Below, one piece after another: positions 39,584-49,984 of a stretch of 60,501 bases of DNA (position 1 is the stretch's first letter; each line of letters starts with the position of its first letter). The position numbers were made by a program, and so were the translations under genes. The notes beneath the pieces are model-generated. The model was not told the origin of the DNA. It worked only from the letters and a program-made list of their open reading frames with translations, and did no database searches. Source of the stretch: Puniceicoccales bacterium (lineage in GTDB: Bacteria; Verrucomicrobiota; Verrucomicrobiia; Opitutales; JAIRKQ01). Location: the NCBI GenBank assembly GCA_031279395.1, contig JAITIO010000009.1:1-60501 (forward strand), given 5' to 3'.

Positions 39584-40096
39584 CTATAATCTCACCTTGG
39601 CCTGCAATACATTCAATACCCCCTGTGGGACAGCATTCATCGTTCGTAGCAACTTTGTCGCCGGAGTATTTAACAATGCTAAAAATTGCGTACGCAAAAT
39701 ATCAATGCCAGGAAGGTCCGCCAATGTGCTTATATCTTGTAAACTAAGCAGTTTACCACCAAGCAAACCACCCCGCATTGCCAATTTTCCCTCCTTACTA
39801 TTTTTATGAAACTCCTTCAACAATTTCGCTATTCCAACGGGATTTTTCCCACCAACGACGAGGGCTATTTGTCCCTCGAAACCACCTTCCGGCATCGGCA
39901 ATGACCTCGCTTCGGTTGCCTTTTTCAGCAGAGACTTTTTTATAACATGAAATTCACCCTGCTCCGGCCATAATTTCTGACGCAAGTTGGCAACATCGGA
40001 AACCGTTACACCACGAAAGTCTGTAAAAAATACATAGTTCGACTTGTCGAGATGCTTTCCTATCTCCCCAACCAAAAGCTTCTTTTCGTTTCTCAT
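39584..40096 (-). CDS. rplJ: 50S ribosomal protein L10
   Basis: 170 aa, located between rplA and rplL, with the typical L10 N-terminal region. Confidence 0.93.
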   Translation of the reverse strand: MRNEKKLLVGEIGKHLDKSNYVFFTDFRGVTVSDVANLRQKLWPEQGEFHVIKKSLLKKATEARSLPMPEGGFEGQIALVVGGKNPVGIAKLLKEFHKNSKEGKLAMRGGLLGGKLLSLQDISTLADLPGIDILRTQFLALLNTPATKLLRTMNAVPQGVLNVLQAKVRL

Positions 40097-40104
40097 TTTT
40101 TCCC

Positions 40105-40797
40105 CTAAAACTTTCCAAATATTTTCTGTGACAACTTAATGCCCGGTGTCATGGTTCCTGCAATCGTCATAGATTCTACAAATTTACCACGGAATTCTGC
40201 CGGACGCATCTTTGATAAAACATCTATGGCCATATCGCAATTTTCTACTAAATTTGGCCCATCAAACGATCGTTTGCCTATCACAATTGCCAAATTAGCA
40301 GTTTTATCCATCTTAAATTCTACTCGCCCGGCCTTTACCGCCTGAATCGCAGAAGGCAAATCGTCCGAAACGGTGCCAGTTTTAGGATTGGGCATTAAAC
40401 CCCGTGGTCCCAAAATCCTAGCAGCGGAACGGACCTCTTTCATGGCTGATGTTGTTGCGACGGCTACATCGAAATCTAACCAACCATCGTTGATTTTTTG
40501 TAAAACATCGAGCAAGCCCGCCTCGTCAGCCCCTGCAACCAACGCACCCGCCGGATCATCGGTAAATGCTAACACTTTCACCCTTCGACCGCTACCATGC
40601 GGCAATGAAACAGTCCCACGAACCATCTGGTCGCTTTGCTTGGGATCTACCCCTAAATGGACAGACAGCACAACGGTTTCATCAAACTTTGCCTTTGGCA
40701 TTTTCCTCAGCAGTTCAATGGCTTCCGATACGGAATATCCATTCTCCAAATCGGCAACCTCCAGTGCTTTAGTATATCGTTTGCTTGATTTCTTCAT
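40105..40797 (-). CDS. rplA: 50S ribosomal protein L1
   Basis: MKKSSKRYTKALE.., FDETVVLSVHLGVDPKQSDQMVRGTVSLPHG and GPRGLMPNPK. The ATG at 40797 lies 7 nt after the rplK stop. Confidence 0.95.
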   Translation of the reverse strand: MKKSSKRYTKALEVADLENGYSVSEAIELLRKMPKAKFDETVVLSVHLGVDPKQSDQMVRGTVSLPHGSGRRVKVLAFTDDPAGALVAGADEAGLLDVLQKINDGWLDFDVAVATTSAMKEVRSAARILGPRGLMPNPKTGTVSDDLPSAIQAVKAGRVEFKMDKTANLAIVIGKRSFDGPNLVENCDMAIDVLSKMRPAEFRGKFVESMTIAGTMTPGIKLSQKIFGKF

Positions 40798-40804
40798 AAA
40801 CTTA

Positions 40805-41230
40805 TCACTTGATGACCTCAATCCCCATGCTTTTTGCTGTTCCTTCAATTATTTTAACCGCCTGTTCAATCGAATTGGTGTTTAAATCTTCCTTTTTAAT
40901 ATTAGCAATTTCCATAACCTGGGCCTTTGTAACTTTTCCAACTTTATTGCGATTGGGAACTCCCGATGCTTTTTCTATGCCAGCGGCTTTTTTGAGCAAT
41001 ACCGCAGCGGGGGGAGATTTAAGAATAAAACTAAACGTTTTATCCGCGTAAACCGATATGACCACCGGTAGAATCATTCCATTTTGGTCCTTCGTCTTGG
41101 CATTGAATTCTTTGCAAAAAACCATAATGTTTACGCCGGCTGCCCCCAATGCTGGACCAACTGGAGGTGCAGGATTTGCAGCACCGGCAGGTAACTGCAA
41201 TTTTATCTCTTTGATGACCTTTTTTGCCAT
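40805..41230 (-). CDS. rplK: 50S ribosomal protein L11
   Basis: [36 protein letters not shown] is the canonical L11 N-terminus. Confidence 0.97.
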   Translation of the reverse strand: MAKKVIKEIKLQLPAGAANPAPPVGPALGAAGVNIMVFCKEFNAKTKDQNGMILPVVISVYADKTFSFILKSPPAAVLLKKAAGIEKASGVPNRNKVGKVTKAQVMEIANIKKEDLNTNSIEQAVKIIEGTAKSMGIEVIK

Positions 41231-41248
41231 TTTTTACTCCTAAAAACT

Positions 41249-41863
41249 CTAATTTTCTCCGTCAACGCACCGTCTAACTTGCCAAAATTCTAAATCGACT
41301 GGAGTCGAACGACCAAACATCGAAACATTTACGCGTAACCGCCCCTCTTCTGTATCAATACCTTCTATTGTTCCTGTCAAGTTTAAAAATGGACCATCAT
41401 TAATTTTTACAGTTTCGCCCAGGTCATAGGTAACCTTCGGAATACTTTGGCCGCTAACGGCTTCAACCTTTGCCAAAATGTTGTCAATTTCATCCTGTTT
41501 CAATGCAACGGGATTGCGATCTCCTATAAATCTAACAACCCCCGGAACATTTTTTACAAGAGAAAATGGTTCCTCGAGAAACTTGCCGTCGGTATCATAC
41601 ATTTTCATTTTAATAAAGACATAGCCTGGATAAAATTTCCTCACACGGGAATATTTTTTACCATTTTTTACCTCCATAATCTTTTCCGTCGGAACCAGTA
41701 CTTCCTCGATAACACCTTCAAAATTATGCTTTTTCTCAAGAACGTGAATGGCGTCCTTAACTTTACTTTCCTGATTCGACAAAGTCTGCAAAACGAACCA
41801 TTTTGGCAGCAACATCTTCTCATCAAACACGGTTTCAAGTCCTTCTAATGTCTCGTCATCCAT
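41249..41863 (-). CDS. nusG: Transcription termination/antitermination factor NusG
   Basis: WFVLQTLSNQE.., YPGYVFIKM and a KOW motif GETVKINDGPF. It sits in the position between secE and rplK. Confidence 0.93.
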   Translation of the reverse strand: MDDETLEGLETVFDEKMLLPKWFVLQTLSNQESKVKDAIHVLEKKHNFEGVIEEVLVPTEKIMEVKNGKKYSRVRKFYPGYVFIKMKMYDTDGKFLEEPFSLVKNVPGVVRFIGDRNPVALKQDEIDNILAKVEAVSGQSIPKVTYDLGETVKINDGPFLNLTGTIEGIDTEEGRLRVNVSMFGRSTPVDLEFWQVRRCVDGEN

Positions 41864-41869
41864 TTTATT

Positions 41870-42067
41870 CTAACCTCTAACGCATTTGATCACAAAGCCC
41901 ACAACGTTGAATAGGGAAAAGTCTATTATGCTTACGTAAAAACTAATCAAAAGCATACCGACTATGACAACAACGGTAGACTTCCCCAATTCCTTTTTCA
42001 CGGGCCAAGCTGCTTTCTTGAGCTCGTCCAATGTTTCAGAAAAAAAACGCTTCGTCTTTCCTAACAT
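41870..42067 (-). CDS. secE: Preprotein translocase subunit SecE
   Basis: 65 aa with LDELKKAAWPVKKEL followed by a single TM segment. It has the conserved position upstream of nusG. Confidence 0.9.
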   Translation of the reverse strand: MLGKTKRFFSETLDELKKAAWPVKKELGKSTVVVIVGMLLISFYVSIIDFSLFNVVGFVIKCVRG

Positions 42068-42094
42068 ATGTCACTCTTTTTATGGGAAAAGTCA

Positions 42095-42170
<76 letters not shown>

Positions 42171-42245
42171 TTGATTTCAAACATTAACCAACCATATTTC
42201 TTTTTTAAATGGCAAGGTAGCGTACGGGCCTTCTTTAATATCACA

Positions 42246-43436
42246 TCAGGCTACCACCTCTGTGATTCGTCCTGCCCCTATGGTGCGACCCCCTTCGCGG
42301 ATAGCAAAGCGCTGTCCCTTTTCCATGGCTATCTGTTTCTGCAGGAGCAATTCTATGCTCAAACTATCCCCTGGCATTACCATCTCTCTACCTTCCGGCA
42401 AATTAACAATACCCGTAACATCAGCCGTTCCAAAGTAAAACTGTGGACGATATCCATTGAAAAATGGAGTATGGCGTCCCCCTTCATCTTTGGTTAAAAC
42501 ATATATTTCAGCCTTTGCCTTTGTATGCGGGTGAATTGATCCGATCTTGGCCAATACCTGCCCCCGTTCGACACCATCCTTGTCTATGCCGCGCAGAAGT
42601 ATTCCAACATTATCGCCGGCTTGCCCCCTATCTAACAGCTTGCGAAACATTTCAATTCCCGTGCATGTGGTTTTTACCGTATCGCGTAATCCAACGATTT
42701 CGACTTCCTCTCCGACCCTGATGGCTCCACGTTCAATACGACCCGTTGCAACGGTCCCTCTTCCCGTAATCGAGAAAACGCCTTCAATGGCCATTAAAAA
42801 TGGCATATCCACGTTTCTAACGGGCTCTGGAATATCATTATCGATTGCATTCAGTAACTCGCCAATGGCTTTAACACCCTCCGGTTTACCTTCCAGTGCC
42901 GCCAAAGCAGATCCACGAATAACGGTGACCTTGTCGCCTGGATACTCATATTTATTCAAAAGATCACGTACTTCCACCTCGACCAAACCAAGTAACTCCG
43001 GATCATCCAAAAGGTCAACCTTATTTAAAAAAACGACTAGGTTTGGAACCCCTACTTGGCGAGCAAGCAATATGTGTTCATGGGTTTGAGGCATTGGCCC
43101 ATCGTAGGCACTAACGACCAAAATTGCTCCATCCATTTGGGCAGCTCCGGTGATCATGTTTTTGACAAAATCGGCATGTCCTGGGCAGTCGACGTGGGCA
43201 TAATGCCGAAGTTCCGTCTGATACTCGACGTGGGATACGGCAATCGTGACAGTTTTGGTAGAATCACGAACCGTCCCGCCTTTGGTAACATCAGCGTAGG
43301 ACTTGAATTCAGCCAACTTATTGTCCGATTGCACTTTTAATATAGCCGTTGTCAACGTTGACTTTCCATGGTCAACGTGCCCTATGGTTCCAACATTTAC
43401 GTGTGGCTTATTCCGTTCGAAGGTTTCTTTTGCCAT
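42246..43436 (-). CDS. tuf: Elongation factor Tu
   Basis: [17 protein letters not shown] and NKVD GTPase motifs in 396 aa. It has an unusual switch-I-region segment, [28 protein letters not shown]. Confidence 0.98.
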   Translation of the reverse strand: MAKETFERNKPHVNVGTIGHVDHGKSTLTTAILKVQSDNKLAEFKSYADVTKGGTVRDSTKTVTIAVSHVEYQTELRHYAHVDCPGHADFVKNMITGAAQMDGAILVVSAYDGPMPQTHEHILLARQVGVPNLVVFLNKVDLLDDPELLGLVEVEVRDLLNKYEYPGDKVTVIRGSALAALEGKPEGVKAIGELLNAIDNDIPEPVRNVDMPFLMAIEGVFSITGRGTVATGRIERGAIRVGEEVEIVGLRDTVKTTCTGIEMFRKLLDRGQAGDNVGILLRGIDKDGVERGQVLAKIGSIHPHTKAKAEIYVLTKDEGGRHTPFFNGYRPQFYFGTADVTGIVNLPEGREMVMPGDSLSIELLLQKQIAMEKGQRFAIREGGRTIGAGRITEVVA

Positions 43437-43479
43437 TTTGCTTCCTTTTTTTTATATATAAAATTTAAATTTTAAACTC

Positions 43480-43555
<76 letters not shown>

Positions 43556-43920
43556 GCCCGCCATTGACAACGCCACGACGGCGTGTACGTTACCTAAGAC
43601 CGATTATCCGCAATTTGCAAGGTCACGGACAAACGTCAATATTTATTTTTACCGTTTTATAATTTTCCAATTTAACAAAATCATTGTATGGGCCTACTGG
43701 TCGCTCTGCAAAGGGAAAAAATATGTTCCTGTTAATTTTTTGTAAAAAAATTCTCCATTCCTGGATAGAAAATTGAAAGAAAAATAAAAAAAGGAGTAGT
43801 CCTCATAAAAAGAGGATTAACAAATGGAAGGAAGCGAAGAAAGTTTGAGGGCAAAAGATGTAACTAATAAGTGAATGAGTATTTGAACAAATAAATAGAT
43901 ATTCCCTAAGGTTGCGAAGG

Positions 43921-44169
43921 AAACTTTTGCAGAAACTGGCCTGGCAAAAAACAGGAAATTTCGGTGATAGACCTAACCCGTCTAAAAATTCACAGGACAG
44001 CGGTAAGCCCGAATTTTTGCAGAATTTGTGAGTCCCAAACTCGGAGGAAGCACCATGGCTTTGCCAGCTTTTCTGCACATTGGTAAAAGTAAAAATTTTA
44101 CAAAAAAAGACTTGCAAAGGAAAGATTTTTCGTGTAGGGATCATACATAATAACTAAAGAAAGAATAAT
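43921..44169 (+). promoter_or_regulatory. Conserved non-coding upstream region, copy B (shared with 1545..1779)
   Basis: See copy A. It contains AAATTC-N19-GAATTT-N5-GAATTT and TTGCAA 52 nt before the ATG. Relative to copy A it carries a 13-nt insertion. Confidence 0.6.
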
Positions 44170-46323
44170 ATGAATAGCATCGATACTATAACAAGTCATG
44201 GGGCGAACACTCGGAAAGAAATGTCATCCCTAGAAAATGATAAACCGTCGGCTACAACGGATTTGCATGATTTCAGAGACAGTCCAAATCCTCGGCCATT
44301 TGGAACCGAAGAAGATACAACCGTACCTTTGGCAAAACCTTTCATCGAACAACCAAAGGCTTTTGTAGATGAGGTACGTAGGATACTTGGGCGTGGTGAT
44401 GCCGGTGTATGGCTATTAAAGTCACAACTGCGGACTGGTAGATTACAATTTAAAACAGAGGAAATGTCTTCGAAGGAGATACTAGACTTCCTAACGATGA
44501 TATTGGAATATGACCCATTTGATAGGGAGCTCTTTGAATTGATGGTGTTGGATGAAAATTCAAGGATAGACCTGAAGTGCCTATCGGCGGAACAGTCAAA
44601 TATTTTGGCGGATAAACTGGCCGAGCGAAATCTGGAAGGTATGGGTCTGCTGGAAGGTCTGATTAGCCAAGATAGATTGCCAAACGTTCTGATCCACAAA
44701 CCAGAAGAATTTATTAATTTTTGTTTTTCGCGGGGCACACCCGGCTTGTCCCTATTTCAAGTTTTTGTGGACAAGGGTAAAATATTGAACTTTGATCCAA
44801 GTAAATTTTCCCAGGAAAGGGCCAAAGCCTTTGCGGATAAATTGTCAGAGTATGACTCATTGGGTAGAGATTTTCTGGCAAAATTAGTTGAACAAGGGAA
44901 ATTCCTACCTCTCGCGTCATCGGAAGACGTGCCGGCCTGCGCTCCTAAGGTTACTCCTGAAAGTACTCCTAGGATTAACCCACGTCGGATATTGGTAAAA
45001 GCAATTAATAAAGTATTTGAAAGAGAGCCACGAAACCAAGTGCATAATAGACTAGGGACCATGCCGATGAAGGAAGCCCGTGGGATTTGGCAAAGGATAG
45101 CGAATGAAGTGGCGGTGAATTGTTTCGATGAAGATGGCCATGTCGATGTCGTAAAGATCAGAGAATGGATGGACTTTCTCGAGAATACAGAAAATTTCAG
45201 AAAAGAACCACTTTGTTTCATTCCCCACTCAGAGTTCATGCGTTCCCAGATGCATAGAGTATGCGAATGCCTTCTGAATAATAGAAATGATGTCAGGGAC
45301 CTGTTAAATACTGCTGCCGGTATCATCATTGGGCCCTATGGGCAGTCCATTTTGGATACCATGGGAGGATTGAATCCTCCTGTAGCCATACTGGCATCTC
45401 TGTTCACTCCTTACAGGCAGTCAGATGATTTGCCGACAGGCGCGATAAATTCTCTCCAAATTGCAGAAACCCGAAACCATCCGGAACGGCTGATCAAAAT
45501 GTATATACAGATGTTAACCAGTGACCAATTCACATTTCCAAGTGGATATGTAGTCCAACAGCAATTAGTGAGGAATGGTTTCGTCGTCGTTGATTTGAAA
45601 GATGGGCTTATGAAAGGCGTTATATTGGAAAATATTATGAGTGAAGATTTCGTTAAAGCTGACCAACAAAAGGCAACGTGGCGAAAAGAAGGGATAGAAT
45701 ATGTCGAATCGACCAATCCGTCAGAACAATTTAAACTTAAAATGCCGATACACAATATGAATGATGTATTGTTTGCCCACTTCTTTCAAGTGTCTAGCTT
45801 TGGAAATAGGAGAATAAAAGACAATGATAATAACTTCGGTGCCATGCTAATTTATACCGGAATCGGGGAATTTGCCAAAATGTATCCATTGGAAACCTTC
45901 GTGGACGGTTCGAATTTTTTAGCCGGAATAGCAAAGTTAAAAGAACAGGCCGAAATCCAACAACAACTTGGAAATCAATACATGCATGTGGGGACGGTGA
46001 GAGAGGTAGGGAGAATAATCGCAGGGCGAATCTGTCATTTTGGTACTGCAGAGAACATTGACATCGATGCCCTACTGGCCCTCGATCTGAATAATATAGA
46101 AACCGAGAAAATATACCCCATCGGCGACCGTAATTGGATGGGTTATGATAAATCAAAGGATATTCCCCGCCTAGCGATCAAAAAAGAGAATGGAATCTAT
46201 AAATTCGGAACATCACGGGGATTTAGCTTCAAAGAGAATGAGGTATCAAAGTTTTTAATTTATACCACCGACATCGAGGTCCACGATGCAGAGTATTGGG
46301 AACGATATAGGCGTTTCGCCTAA
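44170..46323 (+). CDS. Large hypothetical protein (717 aa), the full-length member of the paralog pair; candidate secreted or T3SS substrate
   Basis: Long ORF with no signal peptide or TM segment and a polar N-terminus (MNSIDTITSHGANTRKEMSSLENDKPSATTD). It has internal ~40-aa repeats (LSAEQSNILADKLAERNLEGMGLLEGLISQDRLPNV / FSQERAKAFADKLSEYDSLGRDFLAKLVEQGKFLPL). I recognise no catalytic motif. Confidence 0.85.
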   Translation: MNSIDTITSHGANTRKEMSSLENDKPSATTDLHDFRDSPNPRPFGTEEDTTVPLAKPFIEQPKAFVDEVRRILGRGDAGVWLLKSQLRTGRLQFKTEEMSSKEILDFLTMILEYDPFDRELFELMVLDENSRIDLKCLSAEQSNILADKLAERNLEGMGLLEGLISQDRLPNVLIHKPEEFINFCFSRGTPGLSLFQVFVDKGKILNFDPSKFSQERAKAFADKLSEYDSLGRDFLAKLVEQGKFLPLASSEDVPACAPKVTPESTPRINPRRILVKAINKVFEREPRNQVHNRLGTMPMKEARGIWQRIANEVAVNCFDEDGHVDVVKIREWMDFLENTENFRKEPLCFIPHSEFMRSQMHRVCECLLNNRNDVRDLLNTAAGIIIGPYGQSILDTMGGLNPPVAILASLFTPYRQSDDLPTGAINSLQIAETRNHPERLIKMYIQMLTSDQFTFPSGYVVQQQLVRNGFVVVDLKDGLMKGVILENIMSEDFVKADQQKATWRKEGIEYVESTNPSEQFKLKMPIHNMNDVLFAHFFQVSSFGNRRIKDNDNNFGAMLIYTGIGEFAKMYPLETFVDGSNFLAGIAKLKEQAEIQQQLGNQYMHVGTVREVGRIIAGRICHFGTAENIDIDALLALDLNNIETEKIYPIGDRNWMGYDKSKDIPRLAIKKENGIYKFGTSRGFSFKENEVSKFLIYTTDIEVHDAEYWERYRRFA

Positions 46324-46375
46324 ATTTCCGTGGATTGAGCCCTACGGTAAATTGTTTTCCATCGCCCTATCGTTT

Positions 46376-47365
46376 TTATGGTATTCGGATGGTATTCAAA
46401 ATTTTTGCAGCGATGATTTCACTCGATATTCCTTCGGATTCTGCGAGATAGGAGATGACTATTCTATGACGTAGAACGTCAATTCCTATAGTTTTTACAT
46501 CCTGCGGAGTGACATACCCTCGGCCTTGTAAAAATGCCCATGCCCTGGCCGCTAAGGCCAGGGCAATCGTGGCCCGTGGAGATGCTCCGATTTGGACAAA
46601 CTGATCGATCTCAAGTTTATAGTCACTGGGCTTTCGCGTTGCAAAAACTATGTCCACCATATATTCTTTAACTTTTTCATCGATGAAAATTTCATCGACC
46701 ACCTTGCGGGAATTTAAAATTTGCTCCATGGACACCACCGCATTCGTCACATTTTTTTTACTAATTTTTGCCGCCGAATCCAAAATTTTTATTTCCTCTA
46801 ACCTATTTGGATATTCGATCTTCAATTTCAATAAAAACCTGTCGACTTGTGATTCCGGCAAAGGATATGTTCCCTCATATTCGATCGGATTTTCGGTGGC
46901 AAACACCATGAATGGCTCCGGCAGTTTGTTGGTCTCACCGCCAATTGTTACCTGTAACTCTTGCATACTTTCCAGCAAAGCACTTTGTACCTTAGCCGGT
47001 GCACGATTGATTTCGTCGGCGAGAACCAAATTGGCAAAAATGGGACCTTTTCTGGTATAAAACTCACCGGTTTTCTGACTATAAATTTGCGTGCCAACTA
47101 TGTCGGCTGGCAACATGTCAGGTGTGAATTGGATCCTTTGGAATGATCCTTGTATTGCCGCTGCTAAGGATTTGATCGCCAGGGTCTTTCCAAGGCCTGG
47201 AATACCTTCCAACAAAATATGTCCCCCGGTAAGCAAACCTACCATCATCCGATCTATCATATATCGCTGTCCGACGATCGATCTACCAATCTCATCCCTC
47301 AAAACTGATACCCAGGTCGAGGATTCTCGGACCACCATATTTATATCGACAATACCGCTTGCCAT
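46376..47365 (-). CDS. MoxR-family AAA+ ATPase
   Basis: Walker A EGIPGLGKT, Walker B and sensor LADEINRAPAKVQSALLE, and a C-terminal lid GASPRATIALA. Confidence 0.9.
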   Translation of the reverse strand: MASGIVDINMVVRESSTWVSVLRDEIGRSIVGQRYMIDRMMVGLLTGGHILLEGIPGLGKTLAIKSLAAAIQGSFQRIQFTPDMLPADIVGTQIYSQKTGEFYTRKGPIFANLVLADEINRAPAKVQSALLESMQELQVTIGGETNKLPEPFMVFATENPIEYEGTYPLPESQVDRFLLKLKIEYPNRLEEIKILDSAAKISKKNVTNAVVSMEQILNSRKVVDEIFIDEKVKEYMVDIVFATRKPSDYKLEIDQFVQIGASPRATIALALAARAWAFLQGRGYVTPQDVKTIGIDVLRHRIVISYLAESEGISSEIIAAKILNTIRIP

Positions 47366-47549
47366 ACCTATGTCGCCCTAGTATTTGTATAGTAATAAAT
47401 TTTGCAATTGCTAAGTTGCAGACTTTTTTTCGATTCATTCTTGAATTTCTTCACAGAATCAAGGGAAGAATGATCTTCAACAGAATCCCAATGAACTTTG
47501 TAAATGGTCTATTCTTGTAAAGAAAGATGGTATTCAGTATAACCCGGCA

Positions 47550-48128
47550 ATGAATCTTGAAAAAATTGTTGCTGGCATAAGACTGTTGATCGAAGGTATT
47601 GGCGATGATGTATCGCGCGAGGGGCTTCGGGATACGCCGCAACGCGTGGCGGCGATGTGGCAAAATTTTTTCGAGGTAAAAGAAAATTCGGATGAAGAAT
47701 TGCTAAAACAAACGTTTGTCGCAGAAAATTATGGAGATTTTGTTATTGTAAAAAACATTCGGTTTTCATCATTTTGCGAGCATCACCTACTCCCATTTTT
47801 TGGCAGTGTTTCCATTGCCTATGTTCCCCAAAATGGTACGGTCGTAGGATTGAGTAAGTTGGTACGCATCGTCGATAGGTATGCAAAATGCTTACAATTG
47901 CAAGAACGCCTGACCCAACAAATTCTCGAAGCAATTAGAAAAAACACCGCCAATGATGGTGTATTGGTAATTATTTCTGGCCAGCACATGTGCATGACTG
48001 CACGCGGAGTCATGCAGCCAGGAAGCAAAACAATAACCCGTGCAGTTTCTGGAAAATTTTCATCAGAAAAATTACTTGCCATGGAAGTCCAACAGTTAAT
48101 CTTTGAAACAAGTGGGAAAAAGCTTTAG
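47550..48128 (+). CDS. folE: GTP cyclohydrolase I
   Basis: GLRDTPQRVAAMW, FSSFCEHHLLPFFG and LQERLTQQI motifs. Confidence 0.93.
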   Translation: MNLEKIVAGIRLLIEGIGDDVSREGLRDTPQRVAAMWQNFFEVKENSDEELLKQTFVAENYGDFVIVKNIRFSSFCEHHLLPFFGSVSIAYVPQNGTVVGLSKLVRIVDRYAKCLQLQERLTQQILEAIRKNTANDGVLVIISGQHMCMTARGVMQPGSKTITRAVSGKFSSEKLLAMEVQQLIFETSGKKL

Positions 48129-48150
48129 TCAAATTACTCTACCGTGCATC

Positions 48151-48966
48151 ATGGGAATTCTAAATGTTACACCTAATTCGTTTTCGGACGGTGGTAAATT
48201 TTTTGATCGAGATGATAGGGAACAATGCCCGAAAGCCGCAACAGCACAACCAAAAGCCGTACAACATTTGTACGAACTCATCGATGGAGGAGGGACAATC
48301 ATCGACATTGGGGGAGAATCGACAAACCCCAAAGCAATTGAAATTGATGCGGAGATCGAATGGAAACGCATTGGCAATGTTTTAAATACCGCCACGGCCA
48401 TTGGCAACGTATCCATTTCCGTTGACACGTACCACGTTGAGGTTGCCCGGAAGGCACTTGAACATGGAGTAAATATAATAAACGACGTTTGCTGCACATG
48501 GCATTTCCGCGAGATGGCAACCGTTGTTAGAGATTTTGATGCTCATTTAATCGTTACCCATAATTCCCGGAGTGATAAAAATTTTTTGCAAACAAATGAT
48601 CCTGTTGGCAAAATAATTTCAGAATTTGAAAAGATTTTAGATGAAGCAATCCGTATAAATTTCGATGTGAAACGTATTATTTTCGACCCAGGAATAGGTT
48701 TTGGGAAAACGCCACAGCAGAATTTGGAAATTTTTAGGACAATTGGTAAAATATGTTCAAAATTCCCAAACCCCGTTGTCTGTGCCACATCGAAAAAATC
48801 TTTTCTGGCCACAGCCGTCAGTGGAGATGATGGAGAAACATTGTCAAGTGCTACCATGGCCACGACGATGGAAGGGTTTCGCCAGGGCTGCAAGATATTT
48901 CGAGTCCACGGGGTAGCCGAAAATTTAACAGTGCTGAAATTTGCACAAAAATTATATGAACGATAA
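48151..48966 (+). CDS. folP: Dihydropteroate synthase
   Basis: MGILNVTPNSFSDGG, IIDIGGESTNP, SVDTY, INDV and DPGIGFGK motifs. The start is set at the ATG at 48151, after the folE stop. Confidence 0.92.
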   Translation: MGILNVTPNSFSDGGKFFDRDDREQCPKAATAQPKAVQHLYELIDGGGTIIDIGGESTNPKAIEIDAEIEWKRIGNVLNTATAIGNVSISVDTYHVEVARKALEHGVNIINDVCCTWHFREMATVVRDFDAHLIVTHNSRSDKNFLQTNDPVGKIISEFEKILDEAIRINFDVKRIIFDPGIGFGKTPQQNLEIFRTIGKICSKFPNPVVCATSKKSFLATAVSGDDGETLSSATMATTMEGFRQGCKIFRVHGVAENLTVLKFAQKLYER

Positions 48967-49330
48967 AATTTTCATAGATGACATTGAGATATTTGCTAAG
49001 CATGGAACTTCCGTTGGGGAAAAATTTAGGTTGCAGCGTTTCCTAATTTCAGCAAAAGCTCAATTTGATGCTACCCGGGCGAAAGACTCCGACATGATTT
49101 CTCATACCGTCGATTATACAGAATTGATGAGGACAATATTGGAAGCTGTTCAAGGTTCGTCCTTCAATCTTCTGGAAAAGCTAGCACAGCACATAGCTAA
49201 CAAAGTATTTCGGAGATTTCAGCAAATTACGCTCCTAGATATCGTGATTAAAAAATTCCCCGATTCTTTGGCGGACAAGAGTTTTTCAGGCCTAGGATTC
49301 TCGTCGACATTTTTGCGCAATGAACAATGA
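48956..49330 (+). CDS. folB: Dihydroneopterin aldolase
   Basis: KIFIDDIEIFAKHGTSVGEKFRLQRFLISAKAQFD and VDYTEL follow the FolB pattern. It lies between folP and folK. Confidence 0.7.
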   Translation: MNDKIFIDDIEIFAKHGTSVGEKFRLQRFLISAKAQFDATRAKDSDMISHTVDYTELMRTILEAVQGSSFNLLEKLAQHIANKVFRRFQQITLLDIVIKKFPDSLADKSFSGLGFSSTFLRNEQ

Positions 49331-49817
49331 AGCCTATTTGTCGCTTGGAAGTAACCTCGGAGATCGTTTGGGTTTTTTGGCCCTTGCGGTATCAAAATTA
49401 AGGTGTGATGGCCTAAAAATTGAAAAATGTTCCAATGTCTACGAAACAGAACCTCAAAATCTGGCAAACCAACCAAATTTTCTCAACTGCGCATTATTTG
49501 TAAAAACAACATTTAATGCACTGCAATTACTTAGATTCTGCCAGACTATCGAATGTTCCATTGGTAAAAATAAAATCATCGACTTTGGACCAAGGGACAT
49601 AGACATCGATCTCTTGATTTTTAATTCCGAAAAAATCTCAACATCGGATTTAATAATTCCACATCCACGAATGCTCAACCGTAAATTCGTCCTAGCCCCT
49701 CTAAAGGAAATCGCCCCCCATTTGGTCATTGAAAATCGGCATATTGATCAGCTAATCACAAAGTGTACCGATCAAAAAATAAAGCTTTTCGCAGACAAGA
49801 ACGTTTTTGACATTTAA
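49320..49817 (+). CDS. folK: 2-amino-4-hydroxy-6-hydroxymethyldihydropteridine pyrophosphokinase
   Basis: YLSLGSNLGDR, YETEP, GPRDIDIDLL and IPHPRM motifs. Confidence 0.9.
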   Translation: MNNEAYLSLGSNLGDRLGFLALAVSKLRCDGLKIEKCSNVYETEPQNLANQPNFLNCALFVKTTFNALQLLRFCQTIECSIGKNKIIDFGPRDIDIDLLIFNSEKISTSDLIIPHPRMLNRKFVLAPLKEIAPHLVIENRHIDQLITKCTDQKIKLFADKNVFDI

Positions 49818-49922
49818 ACATCGATTGCCCTCTAATTGCAAAAGCTTCGTTCCAGGAAAGAAGATTTCTTGGTAAAAAAATATTAATTGAAAATCCTCGA
49901 TGGGTAAAAATCGGTAAATTTG

Positions 49923-49950
49923 TTGACATAATTATCAATCTAAATAAAAT
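49923..49950 (+). promoter_or_regulatory. Sigma70-like promoter candidate for 49985..50386
   Basis: TTGACA (49923..49928), a 16-nt spacer and TAAAAT (49945..49950), about 35 nt upstream of the ATG. Chance matches are common in AT-rich DNA. Confidence 0.35.
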
Positions 49951-49984
49951 ATATATTGAAAAATATTTTCAACAAAGGTTAACA

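Noticed and set aside
44196-46156. Minus-strand ORFs 44196..44738, 44757..45329, 45411..45755 and 45794..46156
   Set aside because: They lie antisense to the 717-aa ORF 44170..46323. They have no motifs, and the same antisense-shadow pattern is seen opposite the paralog.
47431-47475. Imperfect hairpin in the folE upstream region considered as a THF-type riboswitch
   Set aside because: It is only a ~10-bp AT-rich stem with one bulge. I see none of the conserved THF or THF-II sequence features that I can recall. The region is also a divergent promoter region shared with moxR.
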